A DNA stretch of 64,000 bases from Macrotis lagotis (lineage: Eukaryota). Of the stretch, positions 1 to 13,944 are shown in pieces. The notes below the pieces were generated by a model, which was given only the letters and a program-made list of their open reading frames with translations, searched no databases and was not told where the DNA came from. The stretch is taken from contig NC_133661.1 of NCBI RefSeq assembly GCF_037893015.1, positions 187,322,809 to 187,386,808 of the forward strand, written 5' to 3'. The number at the start of each line of letters is the position of its first letter. Within the stretch, counting starts at the first letter, position 1. The translations under genes were made by a program, and so were the position numbers.

Positions 1-399
1 GCTGGCATTTATCAAAAAAAAGATCATTTGCAAACAACTTTATATAATCAATCAATCCTCCTAAGAACACTTTGAGGAGGCATTTCTCAAGCTCTATCAC
101 AACACTCATTTTATAGAGGAGAATGAAATGCAAAGATGTTAAACAAATTGCTCACAATCATTCATATACAGTTGGTCATTGCTGAAGTTAACCCCAAATC
201 CTGGTTGCTCTTCACTATACTCTGTTCTCTCTGACACCAGGATGGACTGGGTCCTGAGCAAGATCTCAGAATTTTCTCATCTCTACTGGAGCTGGTTCTG
301 ACAGAACAAAGCTTCAGTGAAAATTTGCCAGGAATGACTCTGTCCAAGGTATTCTTGGTCACTTACTGAACCCAAAAGCAGGATAACAGAAACAATGAA

Positions 400-790
400 C
401 TTTAGCAAAATTGAAGGTTATAAAATAAATCCACACAAGCCATCAGCATTTCTACATATTACCAACAAAGTCCAAAAGAAGACATAGAAAATGGCATTCC
501 ATTTAAAATAACTAGATGGTAGGAACTATATGAATACAATTACAAAACATTTCGCACAAATAAAATCAGATCGAAACACTTGTGGGAAAAAAACAATTAC
601 TCATGATTACACAGAGCTAATATAATAAAAATGGTACTTCTATACAAATTAAATTACTTATTCAATGCCATACCAATCAAACTACCAAAAAACTACTTTA
701 GAGAACTAGAAAAAATTGTAACAAAATTCATCTGGAGTACTTCTAACCAATATGGTAGAGAGAAGCCAGGCACTGTTTTAAGCTCTCTTG
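400..790 (+). mobile_element. LINE-1 ORF2 (RT region) fragment.
   Basis: Translation ...[37 protein letters not shown] matches the L1 ORF2 motif (FNAIPIKIP...LEQ...KFIWN). Confidence 0.6.
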
Positions 791-3700
791 GCTTTCCCTC
801 AGAACTAACATGAATCAAGTCTCTTAACAAATTTTGAATCCATAGAGCCCATAGAAGAACAGAGGGGAACATATCCCAGCAAAGTCTGGCATGGGGGAGT
901 GACAGCATGCCCAGGGCAGAAAGCAGAGACCAGTGCAGGGGTGGCAGGGTGAGGCCCGTGGCAAACTTGAGAACTATGGTGGAAGCATTTGCAATGTGTG
1001 TGGTGCGTGGACAGAACTCCAGCAAAGTGGCCATCTATCTGGTCACCTTGGCTGGTCTAGACCACCAGACTGTGAGCCCCCTGGTGCTTTCAGTGAAGGA
1101 GGCTTAATGAGAGAGTCAGATTTTCTCCAGAACAAACAGAAACAGCTCCAGGTTTTTGCACCTTGCCCCAAGGTCTGGGTGGGGTCAGGAGATCTCCCCA
1201 ACTGATTGCTGATTAAGTTGATTACCTGGAGAGAATCTTTGGATTTTCTAGTCTGAGGAACCAGTCCAAATTGGGCTAGGACAGTTCAGATCCTGCCCCA
1301 AACACTGCCAATACAGACTATCCAGAGAAAGTTTCTGGTATTCATTACTGGTGGGCCCACTAAGTAACACCCTGGAGTTCCTAACCCCAGGGAGAAAGAT
1401 GTCTAGAAATTGCAACAGAGAAGTATGCAAAGCAGCCCTTCCCAATATCCTAGGAAAAGAGCCCAAAATGAAGAAAGGCTAGTATTCAATTCTGGTCCAT
1501 TAAATGTTATCTTGGAGATAAGGATACCAATTCAGAAAAGGGTGGAGCTTAGGAGGAGAATATGAATTGGTCTCCAGCCCAGAAAGACTTCTTAGAAGAG
1601 ACCTGAAAGGAGCTTAAAAATCAAATGGAAAAATTTGAGAAAAGAAATGCAAGAGAAAATGAACATCTTACAACAAGAAAACAAATCCTTTGAAAATACA
1701 ATTGGGCAAGCCCAAAAAGAAAATAAATCTCAAAAATACAATTGGGCTAATGGAAAAAGATAACTCCTTCAGAAATATAATTGATCTATTGGAAAAGGAG
1801 ATGCAAAAGGTAAAAGAGGAAAATTCTTCTCAAAACAAAGATTGAAATCTGTAGAAACTAATGACTTCATGAGACAGCATAAAATCAAAAAAAAGGAAAA
1901 AAATAGAAGAAAATGTAAAATACCTCACTGGCAAAACAACTGACCTGTAAATTTAAGAATCATAGGACTACTTAAAAACCTTGAAGAAAAAAAAGCCTGG
2001 ACTTCATATTGTAGGATATAGTAAAGAACTACCCCATATTCCAGAACCAGAGGACAAAATAGTCATTGAAAAACTGTATCAATTCTCCTCCTGAAAGGAA
2101 TCCCAAAATGAAAACACTAAGGAATATTGTGGTCAAACTGTTATAACTATGAATGTGAATGGAATGAATTCTCCCATAAAATGAAAATGGATAGCAGAGT
2201 GGATTAAGACTCCCAAATCCCACAATACTTTGCTTACAAGAAACACATTTGAAGCAGAGAGATATATACAGAATAAAGGTAAAAGACTGGAGCAGAATAT
2301 ATTATGCTTCAGCTGAAGTGAAAAAATCAGGGGTAGCAATCCTTATCTCAGACAAAGCAGCTGCAAAAATAGATCTCATTAAAAGAGATAAGAAAGGAAA
2401 CTATTTCCTCCTAATAGGTACTTGGAAGTAATTTCAATACTAAATATGCACCAAGCCATATAGCACCCAGATTCTTAGAGAAGAAGCTAAACTAGTTACA
2501 GGAACTCATAGACAGCAAAACTTTATTGGTGGGAGACCTCAACCTCCTTCTCTCAGAATTAGATAAATCTAACCATAAAATAAACAAGACAGCAGTTAAG
2601 GAGCCAAATAAAATGTTAGAAAACTTAGATATGATAGCCCTCTGGAGAAAATTGAATGGGAATAGAAAGAAATATGTCCTTTTTTCCTGTAGTACCTGAC
2701 ATCTACACAAAAACTGACCCTGTATTAGGACATAAAATACTCACAATCAAATGTAGAAAGGCAGAAATATGTAGAAAGGCAGAAATATTTAATATATCTG
2801 TTTCAGACCATGATGCAATCACATGCAATAAAGGGCCATGGAAAGTTAGACCTAAAATTAATTGGAAACTAAATAACATAATTTTAAAGAATGAGTGGAC
2901 CAAACAACCACTCATAGAAAGAATTAATGATTTCATCCAAGACAACATACCAAAACTTATGGGATACAACCAAAGCAGTTTTTAGGGGATATATTATATC
3001 TTTAAATGCTTACAGGAACAAAATAGAGAAAGAGAAAAACAATGAACTGAGCATGCAAGTAAAAAAGTTAGAGAAAGAATGAAGTTAAAAAATCCCCAAT
3101 TAAATATACTGTAACAGAAAGGGTTACATATTGCACAGACTTTTAATTTGGTCAGCTCAAATCTGTCCCACAATGACAGGTTCTTTCTCTTAAGTCTTTA
3201 AATGAGAATTTAATGATTGGTATGCTTATAACCCAAGATTAATATACTTAGATATACAATTACATATATGCATTTATGAAGGAAAAACATCAGCATAGAT
3301 AAAGGAAAGAAAAAGTAAGAGATAATGAAAAAAAATAGTTACCCAACCAAGGAGACTCCATCAAACCTGGAAATCTGTCTGGGGAAGACCCTAGATGTCA
3401 TGACACAGGCTCTGGGATCGTGATTGGGAAAGTCCCTTCTGCAGACCATCCTCTCCAAAGAGATGGACTTCCAAAGCCCACTTTCCCAAGAAAGACCTTT
3501 ATAGTGCTCACACAAAAATTGCATGATCCAAGAGTTTACAAGACTGAAGTTGGTGATCTGGGGAGTTTCAGTCAAAACACCCTCAGATCCTGAGTGCAAT
3601 CACTTTCTCCAGGTGTCCTGAGGTAAACACCCAGGTATCGAAGTCCTCAGGTGTGGACCCCAAAACATGTTTACTAGGAAAGTTCCCTAGCACTCTCTGC

Positions 3701-6106
3701 CCCAGAACATGCCTTGATCAATCATACCTTGCTTTGATGTGCTTGGTCAAGAAGCTCCTTCTCCTTGGACCTTGATGACTGATAGGGAAGATCTCAACTT
3801 AATCCTTCCCCTTTCAATACCAAATTAGAAATTTTGAAAATTAAAAATGAAAATAAAATCAAAAGCAAGAAAACTATTGAACTTATAAATAAAACAAGGT
3901 GAACCCACCACCAATAAGGAGAAAATTAAAATAATAATTCAGAATTATTTTGCCCAACTGTATGCCAATAAACTTGATAATTTAAGTGAAATGGCAGAAT
4001 ATTTACAAAAATGCAAATTTCCCAGTTTAACAGAAGAGGAAATTAAATAACCTTGTCTCAGAAAAAAGAAATCCACCAGGCCATCAATGAACTCCCTAAG
4101 AAAAAATCTCCAGTGCTGGATGGATTCACCAGTGAATTCTATCAAACATTCAAGGAACAATTGGTTCCAGTTCTACATAAACTATTTGAAAAAATATTTG
4201 AAGTTGGAACTCTGCCTAATTCCATCTATGGCACCAATATAGTGCTGATACCTAATCCAGAAAGAGTTAAAAAAGAGAAAGAAAATTATAGACCAATTTC
4301 CCTAATGAATATGGATGAAAAATTTTAAATATTAGCAAAGCCATTACAGCAAGTTATTAGGATTTATAAGAGGTATGCAAGGTTGGTTCAATATTAGGAA
4401 AACTGTCAGCATAATTGACCATATCAATAGCAAACCTAACAAAAATCATATGATTATCTCAATATATGCTGAAAAAACTTTTGCGAAAAACAGCACCCAT
4501 TCCTACTAAAAACACTAGAGAGTATAGAAATAAAGGGATTATTCCTTAAAATGATAAGCAGTACGTATCTGGGATAAGCCAGAAGTATTTCCATAAGATC
4601 AGAGGTGAAACAAGGCTGCTGGTAATCATCACTATTTTTCAATATTGTTTTAGAAATGTTAGCTTTAGCAATAATAGAAGAAAATTGAAGGAATTACAAT
4701 TGGGAATGAAGAAAGAAACAAACTCTTTGCAGACATTATGATAGTATATCTAGAGAACCCTAGAAAATCATCTAAAAACTACTGGAAACAATTAGCAACT
4801 TTAGTAAAATCACAGGATATAAAATCAACCCATATAAATCCTAAGGATTTTTATATATTACTACCAAGATGTATGAGTAAGAGATAGAAAGAGAAATCCC
4901 ATTTAAAATAACTTCAGACAATATAAAATACTTGTAAGACTACCTGCCAAGGCAGACTCAGAAACTTCATAAAAACCATTATAAAACACTTTTCACACAA
5001 ATAAAATCAGATCTAAATATCTGTGCAAATATCAATTGCTCATGGGTAGGCCTAGCTAATACAATAAAAATGACATTTCTACCTAAATTAAACTATTTAT
5101 TTAGTGCCATACAATCAAGCTTACAAAAAATTACTTTAGTGAACTAGAAAAAATAGTAACTATATTCATATGGAGGAGCAAAAAGTCAAGAATATCAAAG
5201 GAATTAATGAAAAAAATGCAAAAGAAGGTGGCTTAGTCACACCAGATCTAAAATTATATTATAAAAGCATCAGTTATCAAAATTATCTGGTACTAGCTAA
5301 AAACAGAGTGGTAGATCAATGGAATAGATTAGATGCAAAAGAGATAACTGGAAATGACTATAGATTGACCCAAAGAGTTCAGCTTCTGAGATAAGAACTC
5401 ATTTTGTGATAAAAACTTCTGGGAAAATTGGAAGACAGCATGGCAGAAATTAGGATTAGACCAATGTCTCACAATCTACCAAGATAAGGTCAAATTGAGT
5501 GCAGGATTTAGACATAAAAGTCAATATTATAAGCAAATTAGGAAAACAATGAATAGTTACCTGTCAGATCTATAGAAGAGGGAACAGTTTATGACCAAAG
5601 AAGAGATAGAGAACATTATAAAAAATAAACTGGATAATTTTGATTACATTAAAAAGTTTTTGCACAAACAAAATTACTGTAGCCAAGATCAAAAGGAATG
5701 TAGTAAATTGGGAGACAATTTTTACCACTAGTATTTCTGACAAAGGATTCATTTCTAAAATGTATAGAGAACTGAATCAAATTTATAAAAAAAAATAACT
5801 CCCAGTTGACAAATTGTCAAATGATATGCAAAGGCAATTCTTGGACAAAAAAATCAAAGCTATCTGTAGTCATGAAAAATTGCTCTAAATCATTACTGAT
5901 GAAAGAAATGTAAATTAAAGCATCTCTGGGTTACTACTTCACACCTCTCAGGTTGACCAATATGCCCAGAAAGGAAAATGATCAATGTTGGAAGCTGTGT
6001 GGGAAATCGGGGACACCAATGTATTGTTGTTGGAGCTGTGAACTGATTCAACCTTTCTGGAGAACAATTTGGAATTATACCCAAAGGGCAATAAAAAATG
6101 TGCATA

Positions 6107-6250
6107 TGGGGGCTGCTAGGTGGCCACAGTGGATAGAGGCCCTGGAGTCAAGAGTACCTGAGTTCAAATGTGACCTCAGACACTTAATAATGACCTAGCT
6201 GTGTGGCCTTAGGCAAGCCACTTAACCCCATTTGTCTTGCAAAAAACCTA
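6107..6250 (+). mobile_element. Marsupial tRNA-derived SINE (SINE1/MIR-related family) nested in L1 ORF2. TSD aaaaaatgtgcata.
   Basis: ggggctgctaggtggccacagtggatagaggccctggagtcaagagtacctgagttcaaat...ccacttaaccccatttgtcttgcaaaaaa. Direct repeats at 6093-6106 and 6251-6264. Confidence 0.85.
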
Positions 6251-6763
6251 AAAAAATGTGCATACCAGTAGTGGTGAATACCCCCACTGGGTCTATACCC
6301 TGAGGAGATCATGAAAAAGGGTAAAAACCCCCTATGTACAAAAATATTCATAGCAACTCTGTTTGTAGTGGCAAAGAACTGGAAATTGAGGGGATTCCAT
6401 CAGTTGGGGAATGGCTGAACAAATTGTGGTATATGTATGTGAAGGAACACTATTGTTCCATTAGAAATCATTGGGGACAGTATTTCAGAAAAGCCTGGAA
6501 ATACTTAAAAGAATTGATCTGAGTGAGATGAACAGAACCAGAAGAACATCATAGACAGTAACAGCAACATGGGTTAATGATCCAACCGTGATGGACATGC
6601 TCATTCCATCAGGGACAAAAATCAGGGGCAATAATCAGGGACAATTTCAGGGGATTTGTGATGGAGAATATCATCTGTATCCTATGGAAATACTGTGGAG
6701 TTTAAACAAAGACCAAAACTTATTCTCTTCAATTCTTAAAAGTTGTCATATGTAATATATAAT

Positions 6764-6914
6764 TTTTTTTTGGTTTTTGCAAGGCAAATGGGGTTAAGTG
6801 GCTTGCCCAAGGCCACACAGCTAGGTCATTATTAAGTGTCTGAGACCGGATTTGAACCCAGGTAATTCTGACTCCAGGGCCGGTGTCTTATCCACTATGC
6901 CACCTAGCCACCCT
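6764..6914 (-). mobile_element. SINE (same family, antisense) inserted in the L1 3'UTR.
   Basis: Poly-T then ttgcaaggcaaatggggttaagtggcttgcccaaggccacacagctagg...ccacctagccaccc. TSD taatatataa(tt). Confidence 0.85.
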
Positions 6915-7169
6915 TTAATATATAATTTTGCTATCTCTAATGTTTTCTTTCTTCCTTGTGGATCTGATTCTTCTCTCATAACAAGCTCAATTTCAATCTA
7001 TGCTTATTATGGATGCAAATGTAAAACCTTTATCAGATTGCCTTCTGTTTGGGCAGAGGGGGAAGGAAAGGAGGGAGAGAGAAAAATTGTAAAACTCAAA
7101 ACTTAACCAAAAAAAAAATGATTGGTAGAAACTACCATTGAATGTAATTGGAAAACAAAAATTTTATAT

Positions 7170-8512
7170 TTTAAAAAATTCATCTAGAGCAATAAAAAAT
7201 AAAGAATATCAAGGGATTTAATGAAAAAAAAATGCAAAGGTAGGTGGCCTAGCTATCACAAATCTAAAACTATATTATAAAGCCACAATCATCAAAATTG
7301 TCTGGAACTGACTAAGAAATGGAAAAGTAGATTAAGGGGGCAGCCAGATCGCACAATGGATAGAGCAGCGGTCCTAGGGTCAGGAGGACCTGAGTTGAAA
7401 TCTGAACTCAGACACTTAATAATTGCCTTCTTATGTGATTTTGGACAGGTCACTGAACCCCATTGCCTTAAATAAATAAAAAATTAAAAAAAATGGATCA
7501 TTGGAATAGATTAGGAAAAAAAAGAAATGGAGGTAAATGACAATAATGATCTACTATTTGATAAACCCATAGACTCTATCATCTGGGATAAGAACCCACT
7601 ATTTTGACAAAAACTACTGGGAAAACTGGAAACTAGTATGGAAAAAAACTAGACCCACATCTCACACTCTAAACCAAATTAAGGTTAAATTAGGTACAGA
7701 ATTTAGGACATTAAGGATGATAACTTACACCAATTACCAGATTGAGATGATTGTCCTTCCTTCATGAAGACTACAACATCAGGGAGGTGATGCCATGGCA
7801 AATACATGAATTGAATTTGAATGAGGTGGGGGCTCCTCCAGAGTCATCTGGATTCAGTGATCAAATATGGATCAGGATGACTGAAGATGGCCCTGGATGA
7901 GAGGCAATCAGGGTTAAATGTCCTGTCCAAGGTCATATAATTAGTAAGAGTCAACAATTTTCACAGCTATTATTTCTGATAAAGGCCTCATTACTAAATA
8001 AGAATACAAGTCATTCTCTAATTGCTAAATGATCAAAGGATATGAACAGGCATTTTTTGGATGAAGAAATCAAAATATCTATAGTCATATAAATGCTTTA
8101 AATCATATTAATTAGAGAAATGCAAATTTAAATAACTCTAAAGTACTATCTCACACCTTATCTGGTTGACTAAAACGACAAAAAAGGAAAATGATCAATG
8201 TTGGAGAGGATGTGGGAAACCTGGGACCTTAATGCACTATTGGTGGAGTTGTGAACCAATCATACTATTTTGGAGAACAATTTGGAACTATGCCCAGAGC
8301 TAATAAAATTGTGCATACTCTTTGATGCAGCAATACCACTACCAGGTCTGTATTCCAAAGAGAATATAAAAAGGCGGGAAAGACCACATGTACAAAAATA
8401 TTTATAGAAGCTCTTTTTTTTAGTGGTAAAGAATTGGAGATTGAAAGGATGCCCATCAGTTGGAGAATCCTGAACATGCTATGGTATATGAATGTTATGA
8501 AGTACTATTGCT
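7170..8512 (+). mobile_element. LINE-1 3' fragment (ORF2 C-terminal region), 3'-truncated, with nested SINEs.
   Basis: KNAKVGGLAITNLKLYYKATIIK... and ...CWRGCGKPGTLMHYWWSCEPIILFWRTIWNYAQS..., WRIEGCPSVGES: typical L1 ORF2 C-terminal motifs. Confidence 0.7.
7336..7493 (+). mobile_element. SINE (same family, diverged) nested in the L1 fragment.
   Basis: ggggcagccagatcgcacaatggatagagcagcggtcctagggtcaggaggacctgagttgaaatctgaactcagacacttaataatt...aaaaaa. Confidence 0.7.
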
Positions 8513-9045
8513 CTGATTTTCCTGACTTTAGACCCTATTCTTTATCTACTTTATTGCCAACTGCCTCTAATTAAACCATTGATTACTGGTCATACGTTAA
8601 ATGAAGCTCAGTAAGCCAATGATATTGATGAAAAGAGAAGTAGTAGTTCCTTCTAAATTAAACTTCATGTTTTTATCACTGTAGGTTGAATGTGTAAAGG
8701 ATCTTAGAAGTTATATAGTTCAAATCCTACATCCTCAGCCTCTTCCTAAGATTTCATGACTATATGAAAATTCATGTTTGTAACAATTCTGTATGTAAAT
8801 TTGTCTGTAATTAATAAGTTTCTGAGTAAAGGGGAAATTCTATCTTGTATATCTTTTTTATAAAAAAAATCCTGATTTTGTCATCCTTCCACAAGTTTCT
8901 TCTCCATGAATTTATTCAATTTTTTTTCTATAGTAGTTTAAGGTGGGAATTTCAACAAATCATCTTGAGTCCACAAGCCAAGTGGGATCCTATTAGCAGT
9001 ATTAAGCAATGTTTTTGGCTACTTTTAGAAATTCAATATGTGAAT

Positions 9046-9048
9046 AGA

Positions 9049-9099
<51 letters not shown>
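9046..9099. repeat. (GA)n microsatellite.
   Basis: gagagagagagacagagagagagagagagagagagagaaagagagagaga. Confidence 0.95.
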
Positions 9100-9750
9100 T
9101 CAATCTAATCAGTCTAGTTTTTTAATTCTCCTTTGCAAATATGTTTCTGATATATAAATTTAGTCCTTTGCTAGAGTTCTAGTACAATTAATTAAATTAA
9201 AAGTTATTCCTCTTTTTCTCTTTGCTAATCTGAATGCAATTATTTAGCCTTTTTAAGACTAAGTAATTTAAATTATTTTGACTTTTTCTTATATATCCCA
9301 TTATCCTAGCCATTTCATAGCACAAAGTAAATCCTCTTTATATGCTAGGTTTATTATTATTCTCTGGTCCCCCAATTAGTCAGTTTTGTTCTGATCTCAC
9401 CTTTTTCCCTTCTTAAGCCTTCTTGATCATAGTGCTCTCTCTCTGAGATTATGATCAATTTGTCCTGTAAATATCATTTGCCTGCTATCTCTCCCATTAG
9501 ACTGTGAACTTCTTGAGAGCAAAGACTGCTCTTTATTGGGCTTCACATAGTGGCTTGGTAAATAGTAAACACTTAATTAATGCTTGTTGATTGACTGGGG
9601 TATGGAGGTGGGGTTTGTAGACTGAGAAACATATTTTGGATATGAAGTGTGACTCCAGAGTCAAAGATTTCTATTTTTTTTTAAATTTAAAAAAAAAATC
9701 AGTATTCCATTTTATTCTCTACTTAAATTCTGAATCTGATCAGTATGGTC

Positions 9751-9914
9751 TTTTTTGTTTGTTTTTTAGGATTTTTGCAAGGCAATGGGGTTAAGTGGCT
9801 TGCCCAAGGCCACACAGCTAGGTAATTATTATTATTATCTGAGGTCAGATTTGAACTCAGGTACTCCTGACTCCAGGGCCTGTGCTCTATCCACTGTCCC
9901 ACCTTAGCCTCCCC
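9751..9914 (-). mobile_element. SINE (antisense).
   Basis: T-rich tail then ttgcaaggcaatggggttaagtggcttgcccaaggccacacagctaggtaatt...ccactgtcccaccttagcctcccc. Confidence 0.85.
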
Positions 9915-10019
9915 AATTCTGCAGTCTTTTGATGTGAAGGTATTGTGTGCTCTTAATAATAGTGTCCCTTATGACCCAATTTGGGGTTTTCTTGGCAAAG
10001 CACTCCAGTAGATACTACT

Positions 10020-10123
10020 TTGGAGTAAGTGACTTGCCTGGGGTCACACAGTTGGCAAGTGTCTGAGGCCAGATTTGAACTCAGGAAGATGAATCTTCCT
10101 AGCTGTACCACTGAACTGCCCCT
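10020..10123 (-). mobile_element. MIR-like SINE fragment (antisense).
   Basis: gtaagtgacttgcctggggtcacacagttggcaagtgtctgaggccagatttgaactcagg... is a MIR-core-like sequence. Confidence 0.55.
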
Positions 10124-11439
10124 GTATTTTATTCATACACAGGATTCAGTGGAGAGAGAGTGGAGTCAGGAGACCAGGATTTGAATCTTGGATCAAATAC
10201 TTATTGGTCTGTGTGATCTCCAGCAAGCCACTCTTCTCTGTTTAGTGTGCTCTTCTGAAAAGCAAGGAGTTTTCAATAACTTTTTCCCAAAAAGAGATGA
10301 AAAGATATGGACGCACAATATTCAGAAGAATTGCAATAAAAAAGATAGAAAAGATTGTTCCAAATTTTTATAAGAGAAATGCAAATTAAAACTTGATGAG
10401 ATCAGAGATTTAAATGTTTCCAGTCCTAAGCATGATCAGTCAGTACATGATTAATTAATCAGTTAATCAGCAAGGATTTATGAAGTATTTACTGGGTCAT
10501 GGGCACCGCGCTAACTTACTGGAACTTTATTGTTGCTGTTCAGTTATGTCCTGCTCTTTTGACCCCAAGGACCATAACATGTGAGGCCCTCCTATCCTCC
10601 ACTATTTCTTAAAGTGTGTGTCCATGTGTGTCCAAGTTCATGTTCATTGTTTCCATGATACTATTTATGTCATCCTCTATTGTCCCATTTTGCTTTTGTC
10701 TTCAACCTTTCTCAACATCAGGATGTTTTCCAGTGAGTCCTGCCTTCTTATTTGTGGTGAAAGTATTTAAGCTTCAGCTTCAATATTTGACTTTCTAATA
10801 AACAATCTGAATTAATTTTAGTATTACAGGACAAAGCAAAAACAGTTCCTGTCCTCAAAAGAGTTTACATTCTAATGAAGGAAGCAATATATGTAAATGT
10901 AGATTATTATAAGAAAATAAAAAAAACACAAGAAAATGTTTGGAGACCAGAAGAGATAGAAATTGATTTTGATTGGGGATTAGGGGTGTCACTGGAGGTG
11001 ACATTTCAGCTGGTGAATTTGGGAAATGGTAAAAAAGCATAGTTTGACTGGAAAATAAAGTACTTGGAGTAGATCTTTCTGAAAGCTCTGAAATTAGCCC
11101 TTTATATGAGAACAATACCTTGTAAATTTATAGTTTGAAATTCTTTTAATAAAAATTAAATATCAGAATTTCCTGGTCATGATAATACTAGTTAGGCAGA
11201 TTGGTATGAGATTGTCTGGGTTAGTGAAAGAAGTTTTTGACTTTTAAGCAAAAGGGAACATGTCAAGGTTTTTGGCTAAAGAGGGAGATACTAGAATGTT
11301 ATTAGATCTCTAATAAGATTACTCAAGCATCATTATATATATAATAGGGGAACTACAGCTGGGGGATCCTGGAGCCTGGATGCCAAGTCATAAACTTATT
11401 TCTGACTGTAGATTTAGAGCTGAAAAATGACCTTAGTGG

Positions 11440-11565
11440 CCAATAAGCCACAAATCCTCATTTTACAAATGAGGAAACTGAGACACAGAGAAGTTAAATG
11501 ACTTGCCCAGAGTCACAGCTAGATAGATCTGAGATGGGATTCCAAGTCCAGTGCTCTATTTCCAT
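11440..11565 (-). mobile_element. MIR-like SINE fragment (antisense).
   Basis: ctcattttacaaatgaggaaactgagacacagagaagttaaatgacttgcccagagtcacagctag... is the reverse complement of the MIR core. Confidence 0.6.
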
Positions 11566-12934
11566 AGTGTAGGCATAAGTGATTGGAACCTCTATGTTGA
11601 GGAAGTGCAAAGGAGATTACTTTTGGAGTTATCATTTCATTGAGGATTTAATGTGAGTTCCCAAGTTAGGGTCTATTATCTCTACATAAAAGAAGTAGTG
11701 CCTTAAATGTATAAAAATGGATTGCTATATTCTGATGCAGCACAAGTTTGATGTTCAGTCTATTTAAATAATCTTCATGAGCTTGCTTTAGCTTTGCTAA
11801 AAATAACAACCCCTAAAACAACTCAGCCTGATTTTTTTTCTGGAGTATCACAGACTCTAAACAGGGTACTAATCCCTAATCTCTGTTTCTCTCTGTCTCT
11901 AGTCAGTCTGCTTGGCTGTCCTAGTGTATTTCAATAGATTTTTTTTTGTAATCCTGCCTTGTATTTTATGCATTAAAAAAACATCATTTTGAGAAGAGGC
12001 CCATAGGCTTCACTAGACTGTCAAAGGGTCTGTCTATACCTTGCTAAAGGTTAAGAACCTGTTCCAGAAGAAACAGGAAAGCACATCACTTTAACCCCTT
12101 TTAAGGGAAGGGAAGGGTGGGCCTTTGCCCTGGACTTACTAGCCAATCAGGTGCTTCCATTGTTTCTTTAAAGCTGTTTCCGGGCTCTCCCACCTTTTTC
12201 TTTATTCTGCCAATGGCTGGGTGAGTGGTGCTTGGGGAGTTGGGCAGGCGGGTAGCTTTTCAATCCCTTTTAAGCCTGGGTTTTGGGGAGCCATCTGCTC
12301 TTTCTTTCACTTCTTGGTGCCAGCTGGAAGCAAGATCAATTTTTGTGAAGTCCTGAGAAAGCCAGGGGGTGGTATGGGGCTTTAGCCTGGGAGGGCAAAG
12401 TTGAGCTGCTGTTTAGCCCAGGCTTCTGTCTGTGACCTGGAGGCTTCCTAAAACTGAGCTGCACTGAGCTCATTCTGAATAGCTGCAGGCCTGGGAGTGC
12501 TGGCTTTTTAGGCTAATGTGGCCTGTTGCCAGGGGGCATGCAGTTCTGAGGCTGAATCTGAAGTCTGACTTTGTCTGCCTTCCTTTCTTATAAGGTGGGT
12601 GAGGAGAGTAGGGACTGAATCTTCATTTAATGAACACTTTGAAAATTTTACTGGATCATTATTTTAACCTTGGAATTTTGCTGCTAATAATATTTGGGCT
12701 GGATTGGGAGAGACTGAGTAGAAACATTAGAGCCAGGGTTTCACTGGGCCTCTGAGATAGGAGCCCTTGGAAGGGTAGGGTGTCTTTTGAAAACCTTGAG
12801 TTGTGAACTACAATATGCATTGCTAGTTTCTTTACTCCAGTACTTTGATGGCATTAAATGGTGTTGGCCTTCAATTTAACTTATTTAGCCCCTTTTTCTT
12901 TTTTTAATCAGTGAGATTAGTAATAAATGTTGTA

Positions 12935-12936
<2 letters not shown>

Positions 12937-12969
<33 letters not shown>
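12937..12969. repeat. (TG)n microsatellite.
   Basis: About 16 uninterrupted TG units. Confidence 0.95.
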
Positions 12970-12971
<2 letters not shown>

Positions 12972-13873
12972 AATAGAAGAATGATTGAGACACGCAGTCT
13001 AGATTCTTAATGCTTCATTGATTCATTCACCAAATATCTGGTGATGGGTGAGAAGTATGATGGTTTGTGGGGTTCTTCTTAGCTGTTCTAGTTTTCAGAA
13101 GTGGGATAGGATTTTGTTTGCATGTGTAAGCTTTTTCCTTAAGACAAAATTTCTAGTGGTTATTTTTATAGCAGTTTATGCCATGAAAGGTGTAGATGGG
13201 GGGGCATTGTACTGTGTGCTAACAGAATAATTATTAAATATTTTAAAAATGCCATGGATTGCCTAATGACTTTTCTACCAAAGGTAAATTGTATTGACAA
13301 CCCTTTATGATCCTTTTGCTAACACCTATCCTCTTTTAAATATGGTTTAATTAATTTGTAGTGCTTATGGTAAGAGAAGGGGAGAAATGAGACTACTGGG
13401 CTTTGTGTCTTTAAAAAACCACGTGGTCTCTGAATTCTCAGGCAGGTCTGCAGGTGGTAGTGCTGCCTTCTCTATAAAAGTTAAACTAGTGGTGAGTAAA
13501 TTTTTATAGATCTTTAGCATTTATATGATATAACTGAAGCTTAGTATATGCTAAGAAGAGTAGAAATAGACCATTTTTAAGATGCCTTTTAAAATGGTCA
13601 TTTTCTTTTTAACAGTGTGATCTGGTTTCTCTTAGCAAACAGATGCTTGTTCAGGTGGATGGATACTGGAGTAGATCTTAAAGTAATTGTCTTCATTTTT
13701 AAGCTATCCATTTAAGTGAATTTAGGCTGAATATTGCTAATCTAGAATGGGAAATAGATGAAGAAAACATGTTAAGCCCTTCCGTAAAATGTGCTTTGAA
13801 TCAAAATCCCTCTGATGCCCTTGATTTTAATTTTGTCTTCAGTGGAAAAATAGCCTAGTTCCTGGGAAAGTTT

Positions 13874-13944
13874 CCTGCCATGATGAGCTGCATGTTCAGT
13901 CCGTGTTTCACATGATCACTGATTATACACATGTTCTGAGCAGA
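13874..13944 (+). ncRNA. Paralogous C/D-box snoRNA-like copy. It has the same C box, D box, terminal stem and shared 14-nt core cagtccgtgtttca, but its internal boxes are rearranged, so it may be a variant or a pseudogene.
   Basis: 5' stem cCTGC. ATGATGA at 13880-13886. Core guide gtccgtgtttca is followed by catgatca CTGA. D box CTGA at 13936-13939. 3' stem GCAGA. 71 nt long. About 80% identical to the 16781-16853 copy across the boxes. Confidence 0.45.

Larger units (their letters stand above)
840..7110 (+). mobile_element. LINE-1 element, degenerate and near full-length: 5'UTR, ORF1, ORF2 and 3' end with poly(A). It has nested SINE insertions.
   Basis: ORF1-like coiled-coil translation at about 1540-2100. 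ORF2 endonuclease at about 2130-3100 (KQRDIYRIKVKDWSRIYYASAEVKKSGVAILISDK). ORF2 RT and C-terminus at about 3850-6650 (...CWKLCGKSGTPMYCCWSCELIQPFWRTIWNYTQRA, WLNKLWYMYVKEHYCSIRN). L1 3' end (ggaaggaaaggagggagagagaaaaattgtaaaactcaaaa plus poly-A) at 6915-7110. Many stops and frameshifts. Confidence 0.8.
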